Below, in pieces: positions 7,850-16,627 of a DNA stretch of 64,000 nucleotides. Positions within the stretch are counted from its first letter, which is position 1; each line of letters begins with the position of its first letter. Made by a program: the position numbers and the translations under genes. Under the pieces are notes generated by a model that ran no database searches, was not told where the DNA came from, and saw only the letters and a program-made list of their open reading frames with translations. This stretch comes from a virus (lineage: Duplodnaviria; Caudoviricetes): IMG/VR virus record IMGVR_UViG_3300030330_006692, positions 1-64,000 of that record, one strand, 5' to 3'.

Positions 7850-8185
7850 ATGCAACGCGCTATCGACCAAATCAAGATCCAAACCACTCGTCAATACAAG
7901 CCAGCGCCAGCGCCTCCAACTCGGAAGCAACTGCAAGGCTGGACTGTCGAGCAGGTTGGCCCGCAGATGTGGGTTGTCTTCCGTCACTCCTCCACACAAG
8001 GCAAGCAAGCTGTGATGGACTTCCCCGATCCTTCATGGGCTGAGTCATTCGCTGCTGGCTGCAACGCCGAGTACTCAAACCCTACCAAGATGAGCGCCAA
8101 GAGCCTGAAGCGCAAAGATGCTAAGTACCTGACCGATGCCGAGAAGGCTGACCTCGCTGCGCTTGAAGCCGGCGAGGGCATTTAG
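7850..8185 (+). CDS. Hypothetical early protein (start corrected to MQRAI)
   Basis: ATG after RBS of cassette 10. Confidence 0.75.
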   Translation: MQRAIDQIKIQTTRQYKPAPAPPTRKQLQGWTVEQVGPQMWVVFRHSSTQGKQAVMDFPDPSWAESFAAGCNAEYSNPTKMSAKSLKRKDAKYLTDAEKADLAALEAGEGI

Positions 8186-8189
8186 AAAT

Positions 8190-8432
8190 ACACCTACTTA
8201 ACCCGTGAACGCGCAGAGCGCGAGAGGTAGAAGATAATGAAAACCCCCAACTACATAGCGCCGGTAACTGTGGCGGGCTTGGTTTAGTCACAGAGGGACA
8301 TGTTCAACCCTAACCAAGAGAACGATAAAATGCGATAGCGATACCTCCAATGCTCAGAGAGGTTAAAAGAGCAGATTAACAAAATGAGACAACTCGAAAG
8401 GGGCGCGAGTATAAACAAAGATCCCCTTTTTT
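8190..8432 (+). ncRNA. Candidate structured non-coding RNA or leader
   Basis: ORF-free gap with several hairpins (CGCGC/GCGCG, CGCC/GGCG, CTTGGTT/AACCAAG, TGCTC/GAGCA, GAGGTA/TACCTC) ending in AAAGGGG/CCCCTTT+T-tract. Confidence 0.35.
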
Positions 8433-8458
8433 CAATCAATCGTTTCGAGGATTACAAT

Positions 8459-8860
8459 ATGACACGTACAGCTTTTCCATCGCCTGCTAACATCCGGCGT
8501 CAAACTCCTGATGAACTATTTGGCAGGGATGCAAAACATTTGTTTAACAACCTGACTAAAGAGTTCGAGAAGAAGGCGAGCAAAGGATCAACAAATCAAA
8601 GTATCTTGATCCGTCGTCGTGGTAGCTGGGGCAGAACCGCAGCAGCTTGGATCGAGTGGCACCAACGAAGTCAAGAACAAAGACAATACTCGATTGATTA
8701 TTGCAATCAAAAGCTATCAACAACCGGCTGGCGCGTCAATGATCTTACCTTTAGAAAGGTTCCCGAATATGTTGACTCGTGGTATAAAAACAATAACGAC
8801 ATGTGGGCGATCATTGTTGAAATGGAATACACGTGTGACGATGCGTGTGCAGCTAAATGA
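8459..8860 (+). CDS. Hypothetical protein (start corrected to MTRTA)
   Basis: GAGG RBS before ATG 8459. Confidence 0.65.
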   Translation: MTRTAFPSPANIRRQTPDELFGRDAKHLFNNLTKEFEKKASKGSTNQSILIRRRGSWGRTAAAWIEWHQRSQEQRQYSIDYCNQKLSTTGWRVNDLTFRKVPEYVDSWYKNNNDMWAIIVEMEYTCDDACAAK

Positions 8861-9174
8861 AATACTACATCTCCCAAACTATTGTTGAACTCGTTGACGG
8901 TCGCCTGACTGGTAGAGAAGTAGTGTTGACACGTGCCGATGCTAAGGTAGACAAAGATGGCGCGAGACTACAAAATGTTAAAATGTTCATGCACAAGTTA
9001 AAGGCGCTGGGTATCCCTAACCTTCACATAAACAAATATGAGAAGAAGCGTTATAATAAACTTGTCCGAGAACAGAACAAGATTAGAAAAGATAAAAAGC
9101 TAACTGTTGCCGATCTTGCGAAGATGGAACAGCAAGCTACAGAGTTACAATCCAATCATCAGGGAGGTGAATAA
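8857..9174 (+). CDS. Hypothetical basic protein
   Basis: Overlapping-start coupling, intact ORF. Confidence 0.7.
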   Translation: MKYYISQTIVELVDGRLTGREVVLTRADAKVDKDGARLQNVKMFMHKLKALGIPNLHINKYEKKRYNKLVREQNKIRKDKKLTVADLAKMEQQATELQSNHQGGE

Positions 9175-9326
9175 TGGAGTTTGTAAGTGCCATGTTTGTA
9201 ATGGTGGGTGCGGCGGGTATTCCGTTTTTGATTAACCGAGCAATCGGAGAGTTAAAAGGTATTCGTAATGTTTTGGAACAGGTTGCAACCGATCCCAAAG
9301 ACATGAATGTAATGGAGACTAAGTAA
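9174..9326 (+). CDS. 50-aa membrane peptide
   Basis: GGAGG RBS, TAATG coupling; MEFVSAMFVMVGAAGIPFLI... Confidence 0.6.
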   Translation: MEFVSAMFVMVGAAGIPFLINRAIGELKGIRNVLEQVATDPKDMNVMETK

Positions 9327-9332
9327 ACAATA

Positions 9333-9524
9333 ATGTCCGATAGTGTTAGATCGTTTAGAGTCGGAGAGTTAGTAAAAAGAAAACATACTTCAGTATCTTC
9401 TAAGGGCTTTTGTGTAGTCGTCGAGAATGACGGAGATAACTACGTTTTATATAATAACTCACTTAAATGTTTACAGAAGATTATGTGTACAGTAGTAGAG
9501 AACATGTATATAAAGCACACATAA
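9333..9524 (+). CDS. Small SH3-like protein
   Basis: FRVGELVKRK...GFCVVVEND. Confidence 0.65.
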   Translation: MSDSVRSFRVGELVKRKHTSVSSKGFCVVVENDGDNYVLYNNSLKCLQKIMCTVVENMYIKHT

Positions 9525-9741
9525 GTTTGTTTATGTGCATTAAACTGTATATGTTTTCTATTTGTGGCTTTACGTGATTGTCTGACAGTCGTTAAACTGT
9601 TAAGTAGTATACTATTGTTTTATAATATGTTTGCAAATGTGTTTAGTTTGTGCTTGGAGTTTAGTACATATACGTTCTATCGCCAACTGTCAAGGTATTT
9701 ATCGTGTCAAGTCATATTCTGTCCGCATTTGTGCGCGTTCC

Positions 9742-9819
9742 TTGACATAGATTTGACATTTGACTGCTTGACATTCAAGGCGCGAGGGTGTATAATATAG
9801 GTATAGTAAGCAAAGGAGT
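9742..9819 (+). promoter_or_regulatory. Early promoter cassette copy 11 (perfect sigma70 consensus)
   Basis: TTGACA 9742, TTGACA 9753, -35 TTGACA 9768, -10 TATAAT 9791, AAGGAG. Confidence 0.85.
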
Positions 9820-9824
9820 GTACT

Positions 9825-9911
9825 ATGACATGGGAAACAGAACAAAAGGTTTACGATTGCTTGGGTGCTGTCATGTGGACGGCTATGCTTTACCTGCTTA
9901 TGGCATACTAA
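9825..9911 (+). CDS. 28-aa hydrophobic peptide
   Basis: MTWETEQKVYDCLGAVMWTAMLYLLMAY after strong promoter and RBS. Confidence 0.55.
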   Translation: MTWETEQKVYDCLGAVMWTAMLYLLMAY

Positions 9912-10220
9912 CACTATATGCGAGACACTACCCGTAGTGTGTCAGTGCATGATTGTTTAGCGAATCCCTAGGGGAGTATAACATACACACACTACATGTA
10001 GGGATTGCATGCGCGAGAATACATAAACGAATACAGTTTAATAATACAATAACTGTTTAGGCTGGAGGGAAATGAAGCCGAGACTAAAACAAATAATAAA
10101 AAGAGTAGGAGAAACCTGCACAATCGTCGTGTGCTATGCACCAATAGTATTATACGTATACAGTTATGTAATAGTAGATTGTATATGTAATAAGACTGCA
10201 AACAAATGTGATAAATGATA

Positions 10221-10420
10221 TTGACATACATTTAACATTCGTTGATTGTTCAGTTTCAAACTGCACTATGGGGTACCCCCCTCCCCCCTACCCCGGATAG
10301 TATGTCACGGTAATCTGACATGTCCCTGACATGCGGGTATAGCCTGTTTTCGATCGCGCCTAAAAATTTTGAGATTATCAGTTCTTTAAAAAACCGCCCC
10401 AAAAAATTTCCCCAAAGTAT
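10221..10420. other. Non-coding junction (possible genome terminus, pac site or origin)
   Basis: CAGTTT-C-AAACTG 10251-10263, palindrome GGGGTACCCC 10270-10279, C-tracts, TGACA pairs 11 bp apart (10221/10232; 10315/10326), A/T tracts; boundary of composition and promoter type. Confidence 0.45.
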
Positions 10421-10445
10421 ATACCTTGTGGGATACCAAGAACGG

Positions 10446-10691
10446 GTGAAAGACTTTTTCAAGAAAGCACCCAAGCACAAGTTTGAGGTGGGAGACTTAG
10501 TTACATGTTCATGTCACGGGGGAGTGGCAGTCATTGTACAACTATATGATGAAGAGACAGATACAGCACCGTCAATGAATATGTGTCAAATATATTGGAT
10601 AAAATACCCACATGACGGTGTACTTGAAAGATTGTGGATGCATACCATAGAAAGATTACGTTTAGTTACAGATTATAAGGAGATAAAATGA
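10446..10691 (+). CDS. SH3-like protein (probable GTG start)
   Basis: KFEVGDLVTC...VAVIVQ...CQIYW...LRLV. Confidence 0.65.
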   Translation: MKDFFKKAPKHKFEVGDLVTCSCHGGVAVIVQLYDEETDTAPSMNMCQIYWIKYPHDGVLERLWMHTIERLRLVTDYKEIK

Positions 10692-10798
10692 AAATCAGTA
10701 AATACAAATACACATGTTGGCATTGCGGTACCGGAATGGTAATGAGATTGCCGGCAGTATGCCCAGAGTGCGAGAGATTGCTAACAAAAGAAACTTGA
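10688..10798 (+). CDS. 36-aa zinc-ribbon micro-protein
   Basis: AAGGAG RBS; MKISKYKYTCWHCG...VCPECERLLTKET (CxxC...CxxC). Confidence 0.7.
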   Translation: MKISKYKYTCWHCGTGMVMRLPAVCPECERLLTKET

Positions 10799-10814
10799 CA
10801 TGCATATATAATAT

Positions 10815-11093
10815 ATGGATGATCCAGACGATTTTGATCTATCACAAGACTACTATGAGCAAATCAGTCCCGCGTTGTTTAAAGTTGGGGATCTAGTTTC
10901 GTACGTAGGCTATCATTACTCACCAGATTATATTTATGTCGATGGTGATGACTATAATTTAGGAATCGTTATGGAAATAAAGATACGGTATATATACGCA
11001 CCGATATATCGCATATTTTGGTTTAAAAAAGGTTTTGCAACAGATACGGTACAAGATCATTTAAGATTGGTGATTATAAATAAACGTGACTAA
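10815..11093 (+). CDS. SH3-like protein
   Basis: FKVGDLVSYV...LGIVMEI...YRIFW...LRLV. Confidence 0.7.
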   Translation: MDDPDDFDLSQDYYEQISPALFKVGDLVSYVGYHYSPDYIYVDGDDYNLGIVMEIKIRYIYAPIYRIFWFKKGFATDTVQDHLRLVIINKRD

Positions 11094-11095
11094 TT

Positions 11096-11368
11096 ATGTG
11101 TATGCTACTAACACCGGAAAAACTAGTTGCTATAATCAAAGAAGAACTCACAAAAGGTGAAGTTCAAAAAATTGTTAGCGATGAAGTGGAAAAGCAATTG
11201 CGCAGCCGCAAAACGAAAGATTTAATCGAAGACGAGCTTGTCAAAATCCTAGGCAGCAAATCCAAGGGGCAAGACGAAGTTGCGGAAATCGCGAAGAAGG
11301 TGCTTAAGCGGCTTTACAAGGATATGGCTGTCAGTCATCCGTATATGATTGATAGAATAAAGGTATAA
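11096..11368 (+). CDS. Hypothetical helical protein
   Basis: Intact ORF; IIKEEL repeats. Confidence 0.7.
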   Translation: MCMLLTPEKLVAIIKEELTKGEVQKIVSDEVEKQLRSRKTKDLIEDELVKILGSKSKGQDEVAEIAKKVLKRLYKDMAVSHPYMIDRIKV

Positions 11369-11371
11369 TCA

Positions 11372-11656
11372 ATGTTTAAACATATATTAGCTACAATGGC
11401 GTTAATTACGCCAATGGCGGGGGCGAATTCGAACGTTAACGCAACATTTCGAGATCTTGGCAGTACTGGGGTTTATCTCAGCACTGACTTGTTTGATAAT
11501 TTTGTTCGCATGGGTGACAAAGTAGGTGACTATGAGCCGATCGTACGTGAACAATTCCTCGAGCCGGCTAATGCTTGTGTTGTCGACAAGCAACTTAGTC
11601 TTATCGAACAATTAAAGCAATGCAAAAAGCAAAAACTTGGCTGGATGAAGATTTAA
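11372..11656 (+). CDS. Hypothetical protein with signal-peptide-like N-terminus
   Basis: MFKHILATMALITPMAGA. Confidence 0.6.
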   Translation: MFKHILATMALITPMAGANSNVNATFRDLGSTGVYLSTDLFDNFVRMGDKVGDYEPIVREQFLEPANACVVDKQLSLIEQLKQCKKQKLGWMKI

Positions 11657-11677
11657 AATAGTCCACATATATACTAT

Positions 11678-11908
11678 GTGGGCAATATTGTAGTTTTAGG
11701 TGCGGGCGATTTCGTCTATGATATTAAGTCTGGCGATATCGGAATTCTTATATCTCGGCATTTATCCCGAGTTCCACATCGTTCTAGTGACTTCTCGCTT
11801 ATTGTGTGGCGTATTTATTGGTGTCGCGATGGAGACTCGCGGTATACGGAAGAAAGCGTCATCAATATGATACTAAGCGAGCACTTAATATTGTATTCAA
11901 GTAATTAA
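11678..11908 (+). CDS. SH3-like protein
   Basis: AGDFVYD...IGILIS...WRIYW. Confidence 0.65.
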   Translation: MGNIVVLGAGDFVYDIKSGDIGILISRHLSRVPHRSSDFSLIVWRIYWCRDGDSRYTEESVINMILSEHLILYSSN

Positions 11909-11911
11909 TAC

Positions 11912-12202
11912 ATGGGGCTGAACGATTTAAACTGGCGCGAGCAAGCAGACTGTGTTATACTATCTATCGGCGATATTGTTATCGATATTGTCAATAGGCA
12001 GGTTGGCGTATTAGTTAGCCGTGAGCGACGTATTTCGATGGAAGATGACGACATATACTTTTGGTATGTAACATGGACTGCCGGCAATTCGTTGGATCTA
12101 ACTAATGCACCTAATCGTGTTTGGATTGAGGAACAAAGTTTAAAATTGTCTATTCTTGCTGGTTTTTATGATTTGCATTCTCAATCTTCCGAAAAAGACT
12201 AA
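11912..12202 (+). CDS. SH3-like protein (paralogue of preceding)
   Basis: IGDIVID...VGVLVSR...WYVTW. Confidence 0.65.
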   Translation: MGLNDLNWREQADCVILSIGDIVIDIVNRQVGVLVSRERRISMEDDDIYFWYVTWTAGNSLDLTNAPNRVWIEEQSLKLSILAGFYDLHSQSSEKD

Positions 12203-12248
12203 AAAAATTTTACTCGAATAAAATATTCGAAAAAATAAGGAAAAATAA

Positions 12249-12959
12249 ATGAAAAAAATTTTTATCGATGCTGGTGCGAATCTTGGACAATCTGTCGCTG
12301 CGTGGCTAAACTATATCAACAAAACACAAGGCGACATTAAACAATGGGAAATTCATTCTTTTGAAGCTAGTCAGCAATTGTGGGGAAAACTAGTAGAAAA
12401 TACACGCAGAGTCGTCGACGAGTCGCCATATGATGCATCTGAACTAAATATTGCGTTGTATAACAAGGCTGTTTGGATAAACAACGATGGCGTCATATTT
12501 CATGATATGGGAAACGAATCTTCATCAACAGATCTCAGAAAAGCAGGCAATCTTACACACGGAGAGACTTATACGCACTCCATGGACTTATCTGAGTTCA
12601 TAAAGAATTATTCCATGGACGATATGATTATCCTGAAGATGGATATAGAAGGGGGCGAATATGAAGTTATTCCTCACCTATATGAAACGGGCGCCTTGAA
12701 ATATGTTGATATTTGCTTTTTGGAAATCCACGCATGCAAGATGACAGGTGAAAACGTTTCTATAGAAATGGATTATAATTTAATTAAAATGCTGACTGAC
12801 TGTCACGTCGAGGCGTATACGTGGGACGCTAAGCGTATAATGCTTGAGGCACATTTTGGTATTAATGGCAACTATATCCCCAATCTGCGTAAGACAGTCT
12901 TAGATGAAGAGGAAGTAAGACGCGAATGGAAAAGAAAAAACAGGTTCGAAGGAATATGA
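12249..12959 (+). CDS. FkbM-family methyltransferase
   Basis: IFIDAGANLG; LKMDIEGGEY. Confidence 0.85.
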   Translation: MKKIFIDAGANLGQSVAAWLNYINKTQGDIKQWEIHSFEASQQLWGKLVENTRRVVDESPYDASELNIALYNKAVWINNDGVIFHDMGNESSSTDLRKAGNLTHGETYTHSMDLSEFIKNYSMDDMIILKMDIEGGEYEVIPHLYETGALKYVDICFLEIHACKMTGENVSIEMDYNLIKMLTDCHVEAYTWDAKRIMLEAHFGINGNYIPNLRKTVLDEEEVRREWKRKNRFEGI

Positions 12960-13177
12960 TAGTGATGCGCGATTGGACAAAGGGTGATTTGGTAAAAATA
13001 TCAACATCCGATCCGTTTGGCGCCCAACTTGAATCCTATGGGGTTGTGGCTGCAACGTTCCTTAACGAAAAGCAAACAACAATTTTTCCTGCTATTAGCG
13101 TATATAACATGCGAACCGGTATTATTGAAGATCATTATGTTTATGACTTAGAGTTGATTTCCGAATCGAGCGCATAG
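12956..13177 (+). CDS. SH3-like protein
   Basis: KGDLVKI...YGVV...DLELI. Confidence 0.6.
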   Translation: MIVMRDWTKGDLVKISTSDPFGAQLESYGVVAATFLNEKQTTIFPAISVYNMRTGIIEDHYVYDLELISESSA

Positions 13178-13184
13178 TTACAAT

Positions 13185-13367
13185 GTGGGCAATTTACTAA
13201 AACACGCAAACAAATTATTGGATGTTTCGTGTTTAGTCGCAGCTGCAGCAAACGTTGGATTGTTTATATATTCAACATCGGAAGGATACCATAGTTTACA
13301 ATTGCTCTCTATACTTAATATATTTTTATTAAGTTTTAGGTTGTTGAAAGTATCAAATGAGACTTAA
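13185..13367 (+). CDS. Small two-TM membrane protein
   Basis: Two hydrophobic stretches. Confidence 0.55.
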   Translation: MGNLLKHANKLLDVSCLVAAAANVGLFIYSTSEGYHSLQLLSILNIFLLSFRLLKVSNET

Positions 13368-13394
13368 ATATATTTATTAGGAGGGCACATGTAA

Positions 13395-14399
13395 ATGATA
13401 TTAGCTTTTTTACTTTCTTTGCTGAGTTGCACGCAGGATTATGCGGTTATAAACTCCAAAGAACCAGAGACTATCGTAGTCACTGAAACAATTACGGAAA
13501 CAATTACGGAAGAGGTTGAGATAGAAGTACCAGTTTATGTTGAAGTAGAGGTACCGGTTAATGAGGGTGAAATATGGATTGATTCTTTTACTCAACACAT
13601 GTCAATTGATGGAATTGATATTTTGTGGGTTGTCGATCGATCTGGTTCTATGAACCGTTATAATCCCGAGTTATTGGCAGGTGTCGAGGCAATGCTGTTA
13701 GCTCTACCAACATCTGATTGGAGGCTTGTCATGATTAGCGCGGATCCAACCCGCTCCGTCACAAGTACAGAGTTTCCATTAGTTCCTGGAGATGATATCG
13801 ATGATGCAGCAGCTATGTTGGCTACATTAACATCCGCTCCATATGAAGAAGGGTTTAATTCTGTATATCAGTATATTAATCATAATCCGTATTCTTCTAC
13901 ATGGATGCGTCCGGACGCTGGCTTATTAGTGGTCTTTGTATCTGATGAAGAAGAGCAAAGCGATATTGAATACCCCCACCCATCAGACTTTATAAGTTGG
14001 TATGGCTCTCTAAGAATGGGATCTGTATTTATGGCGAGCATTGTTAACCATGAGTCTAGTGTATCTTTATGTGGTTGGGTTAGCGCTATCGATGTTGGTG
14101 ATAGATACATGGAAGCTACTAACATGCTGGGTGGGGTTATTGTTGACATATGCGATACAGATTGGTCGCCGGGAGTCACAGATGCAACTCATTCAATAGA
14201 ACCAGTTGAAAAAATAACATTGACACACAAAGCAGAGGCGGATACAATTAGGGTTTTTATTGATGGTGTATTAAATTTTGATTGGTTCTATGTAGAATCA
14301 GAAAATACTGTGCATTTTACTGTTTTACCTTCGGCTGGGCAATTAGTTGAAGTAGGATACTTATATAAACAAGAAGAAGCTGAGGATACTGGAACATGA
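13395..14399 (+). CDS. VWA-domain lipoprotein (myxobacterial/Bdellovibrio type)
   Basis: Lipobox-like LLSC; DILWVVDRSGSM MIDAS; VVFVSDEEEQS; VDICD. Confidence 0.8.
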   Translation: MILAFLLSLLSCTQDYAVINSKEPETIVVTETITETITEEVEIEVPVYVEVEVPVNEGEIWIDSFTQHMSIDGIDILWVVDRSGSMNRYNPELLAGVEAMLLALPTSDWRLVMISADPTRSVTSTEFPLVPGDDIDDAAAMLATLTSAPYEEGFNSVYQYINHNPYSSTWMRPDAGLLVVFVSDEEEQSDIEYPHPSDFISWYGSLRMGSVFMASIVNHESSVSLCGWVSAIDVGDRYMEATNMLGGVIVDICDTDWSPGVTDATHSIEPVEKITLTHKAEADTIRVFIDGVLNFDWFYVESENTVHFTVLPSAGQLVEVGYLYKQEEAEDTGT

Positions 14400-15139
14400 G
14401 AAATAAAATAAAATATATGTTATTAACATTGTGTGCTTTAGTGGCATTTTCCTTGCCTGGACACTCAGACAGTTATAAGCCAGGAAAACCAGTTGAAACA
14501 ATCAGTAAAGGTATGTCTGGGGTAGAAAAAGACGTACGCAAAGCAGCCGTAAAGATATTGACGCTTGGTGGCGGGCATGGTTCCGGTTCCGTTATACAGT
14601 ACAAGGATATGCAGCTTATCTTAACAGCAAAGCATGTGACTGAAGATGAAATTGGAACTGAATATATAATCGAAAAGGATCGTTCCATAAAAAAAGCAGT
14701 GTTGATTTATAAAAATCCTTCACAAGATATGGCTGTTTTACTTTTAAAAGAGCCATTTTCGAAAAGTGTATTGGAGCCTATGCCATGGAAAATTTCCAAG
14801 GATCACAAAGTGGGCACAAAAATAGTGTACTCTGGATATCCTTCTTGGCACTCTTTAATGTCATTTGACGGTAGAATAGCTGGAGTTGAGAACGCAGTTG
14901 CTGCCGGAACTCAATTAATAATAAACACATATGGGTGGTTTGGTTGCTCTGGCTCTGTGATATACAACACCTCGGGACAAATTATGGGAATTTTATATGG
15001 AGTAGACGTTGAATATTATCCAGAAATTCAAGTGCAGGAAAACATGATCTGGGTTGCACCTATAAAATACCTACCAATGGATAGGACATTAAAAGAGTTT
15101 TGCGAAAATAAAGCGCATAATTATAAGGCATGTCGCTAA
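14396..15139 (+). CDS. Secreted trypsin-like serine protease
   Basis: Signal peptide; GSG, LTAKH, D-MAVL, GCSGS catalytic motifs. Confidence 0.85.
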   Translation: MRNKIKYMLLTLCALVAFSLPGHSDSYKPGKPVETISKGMSGVEKDVRKAAVKILTLGGGHGSGSVIQYKDMQLILTAKHVTEDEIGTEYIIEKDRSIKKAVLIYKNPSQDMAVLLLKEPFSKSVLEPMPWKISKDHKVGTKIVYSGYPSWHSLMSFDGRIAGVENAVAAGTQLIINTYGWFGCSGSVIYNTSGQIMGILYGVDVEYYPEIQVQENMIWVAPIKYLPMDRTLKEFCENKAHNYKACR

Positions 15140-15597
15140 AAAATAAAAAATGGAACGAATTTGTTTCCAAAGATAAAATCAAAGCAGCCGGAATTGTTAT
15201 ATGCTTTGATGACAAAGATAGGGTACTCATCATTAGAAGATCCAATATCGACAAGAGAGCAGGGCAATGGACAATACCGGGTGGACACATAGATGAAGAT
15301 GACAGCTCTATTGAAGCAGGTGCCGCTAGAGAATTAAAGGAAGAAACAAATTTATCTTGCAATCCTGAAGAATTAATCTATATTGCAGAACCAAAACCAG
15401 AAAAGTACTATTTTTTAGCGCCAAGTTGGAGTGGAAAAGTGGATGTACATATCCCAAATCCAGAAACTGGAGAAATTGAACATGATTCTTACAAGTGGAT
15501 ATCAATTGAAGATGTAAAAGACATTGACAATACCGAAATTCCGATCTATTTATTAGACAAAGCTTTGGAGATATATAAAAATGCAAGAAATTTATAA
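15130..15597 (+). CDS. NUDIX hydrolase
   Basis: GGHIDEDDSSIEAGAARELKEET Nudix box. Confidence 0.9.
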   Translation: MSLKNKKWNEFVSKDKIKAAGIVICFDDKDRVLIIRRSNIDKRAGQWTIPGGHIDEDDSSIEAGAARELKEETNLSCNPEELIYIAEPKPEKYYFLAPSWSGKVDVHIPNPETGEIEHDSYKWISIEDVKDIDNTEIPIYLLDKALEIYKNARNL

Positions 15598-16627
15598 AAA
15601 TTGGCAACAATTTTCGGAATCTTACACAAAAGAGCACGAAGAAGAACTTGAAGAAATTGTCGGAGAGTTAGAAAATGCATCCAAAATGCATGCCAGTCAA
15701 GCTGAACGCATACAAAAAGTACTAGATGCAACAGATAACGACAAATTAGAAGAAGAAGTTATTGAAGAAAAGTTAAATTGTGGCTGTGGAAATGATCCTT
15801 GTGAGACATACGGAGACATTACAATTGCCGCGGCAACGAAAATCGTTGAGCAAGAAATCAAAGCAATACTCGATGAAGAGAAAAAGAAGGGTAACAAGAT
15901 ATGTGCAAAAGGAAAAGCTTGGGCAAAAAGAACATTTGACACATATCCCAGCGCATATGCCAACTTAGCAGCCTCAAAGTACTGTAAAGATCCCAATTAT
16001 GCAAAAGGCTCTAAAAAGAAAAGCAAAAAGAATGAAGAAATTAGCCCAGAACTTGAAGAAGGAGAGCTTCAGAAGTGGCTCGATCAAGATTGGAAAAGAA
16101 TTGACTCTGCTGGCAACGTAAAAGGAGACTGTGGAACCTCTAAAAATAAAAAGAATCCCGATAGATGTCTCCCAGCATCAAAAGCTAAGTCAATGAGTAA
16201 AGGCGAGCGCGCTGCGACTGCCAAGAAAAAGAAAAAAGCACAAAAAACAGGTAAAGATAGCGGAAAAACAAGCTATGTTGCCAACACCAAGAAGGGAAAA
16301 GTCACCACAAAAGAAAACCTTGATCTAAAACAAATTATTGAAGAAGAAATTGAAGCAGTTTTGAGTGAAAAAAAGAAAACTGACAAGGAAAAGATGAAAT
16401 GCAATTCCCCAAGACGAATTCGTCAAGGAGAAGCTGGGCATGGCAAGAAAAAGTTTGTTGTAAAGGCATGTGATGGTGGTACAGAAAAGATTATTCGCTA
16501 CGGTGACGCTAACATGGAGATCAAAAAGGACTCTCCTAAACGTCGCAAGTCATTTAGAGCGCGCCACAACTGCAAGAATCCTGGTTCTAAGTTAAAAGCA
16601 CGATACTGGTCGTGTAAAAAGTGGTAA
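15581..16627 (+). CDS. Conserved phage protein with acidic N-terminus and basic Cys-containing modules
   Basis: TYPSAYAN, KWLDQDW..CG..RCLP and RRKSFRARHNC...RYWSCKKW modules typical of large myophages. Confidence 0.7.
   Translation: MQEIYKNWQQFSESYTKEHEEELEEIVGELENASKMHASQAERIQKVLDATDNDKLEEEVIEEKLNCGCGNDPCETYGDITIAAATKIVEQEIKAILDEEKKKGNKICAKGKAWAKRTFDTYPSAYANLAASKYCKDPNYAKGSKKKSKKNEEISPELEEGELQKWLDQDWKRIDSAGNVKGDCGTSKNKKNPDRCLPASKAKSMSKGERAATAKKKKKAQKTGKDSGKTSYVANTKKGKVTTKENLDLKQIIEEEIEAVLSEKKKTDKEKMKCNSPRRIRQGEAGHGKKKFVVKACDGGTEKIIRYGDANMEIKKDSPKRRKSFRARHNCKNPGSKLKARYWSCKKW

Noticed and set aside
158-9796. TTGACA boxes as independent tandem -35 elements
   Set aside because: No -10-like hexamer 16-18 bp downstream of boxes A, B or C
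9564-10231. ORFs 9564-9800, 9699-9914 and 9992-10231
   Set aside because: Low-complexity translations of a skewed non-coding region containing a promoter
10714-10896. 60-aa + strand ORF
   Set aside because: The RBS-linked zinc-ribbon ORF 10688-10798 and ORF 10815 explain this region
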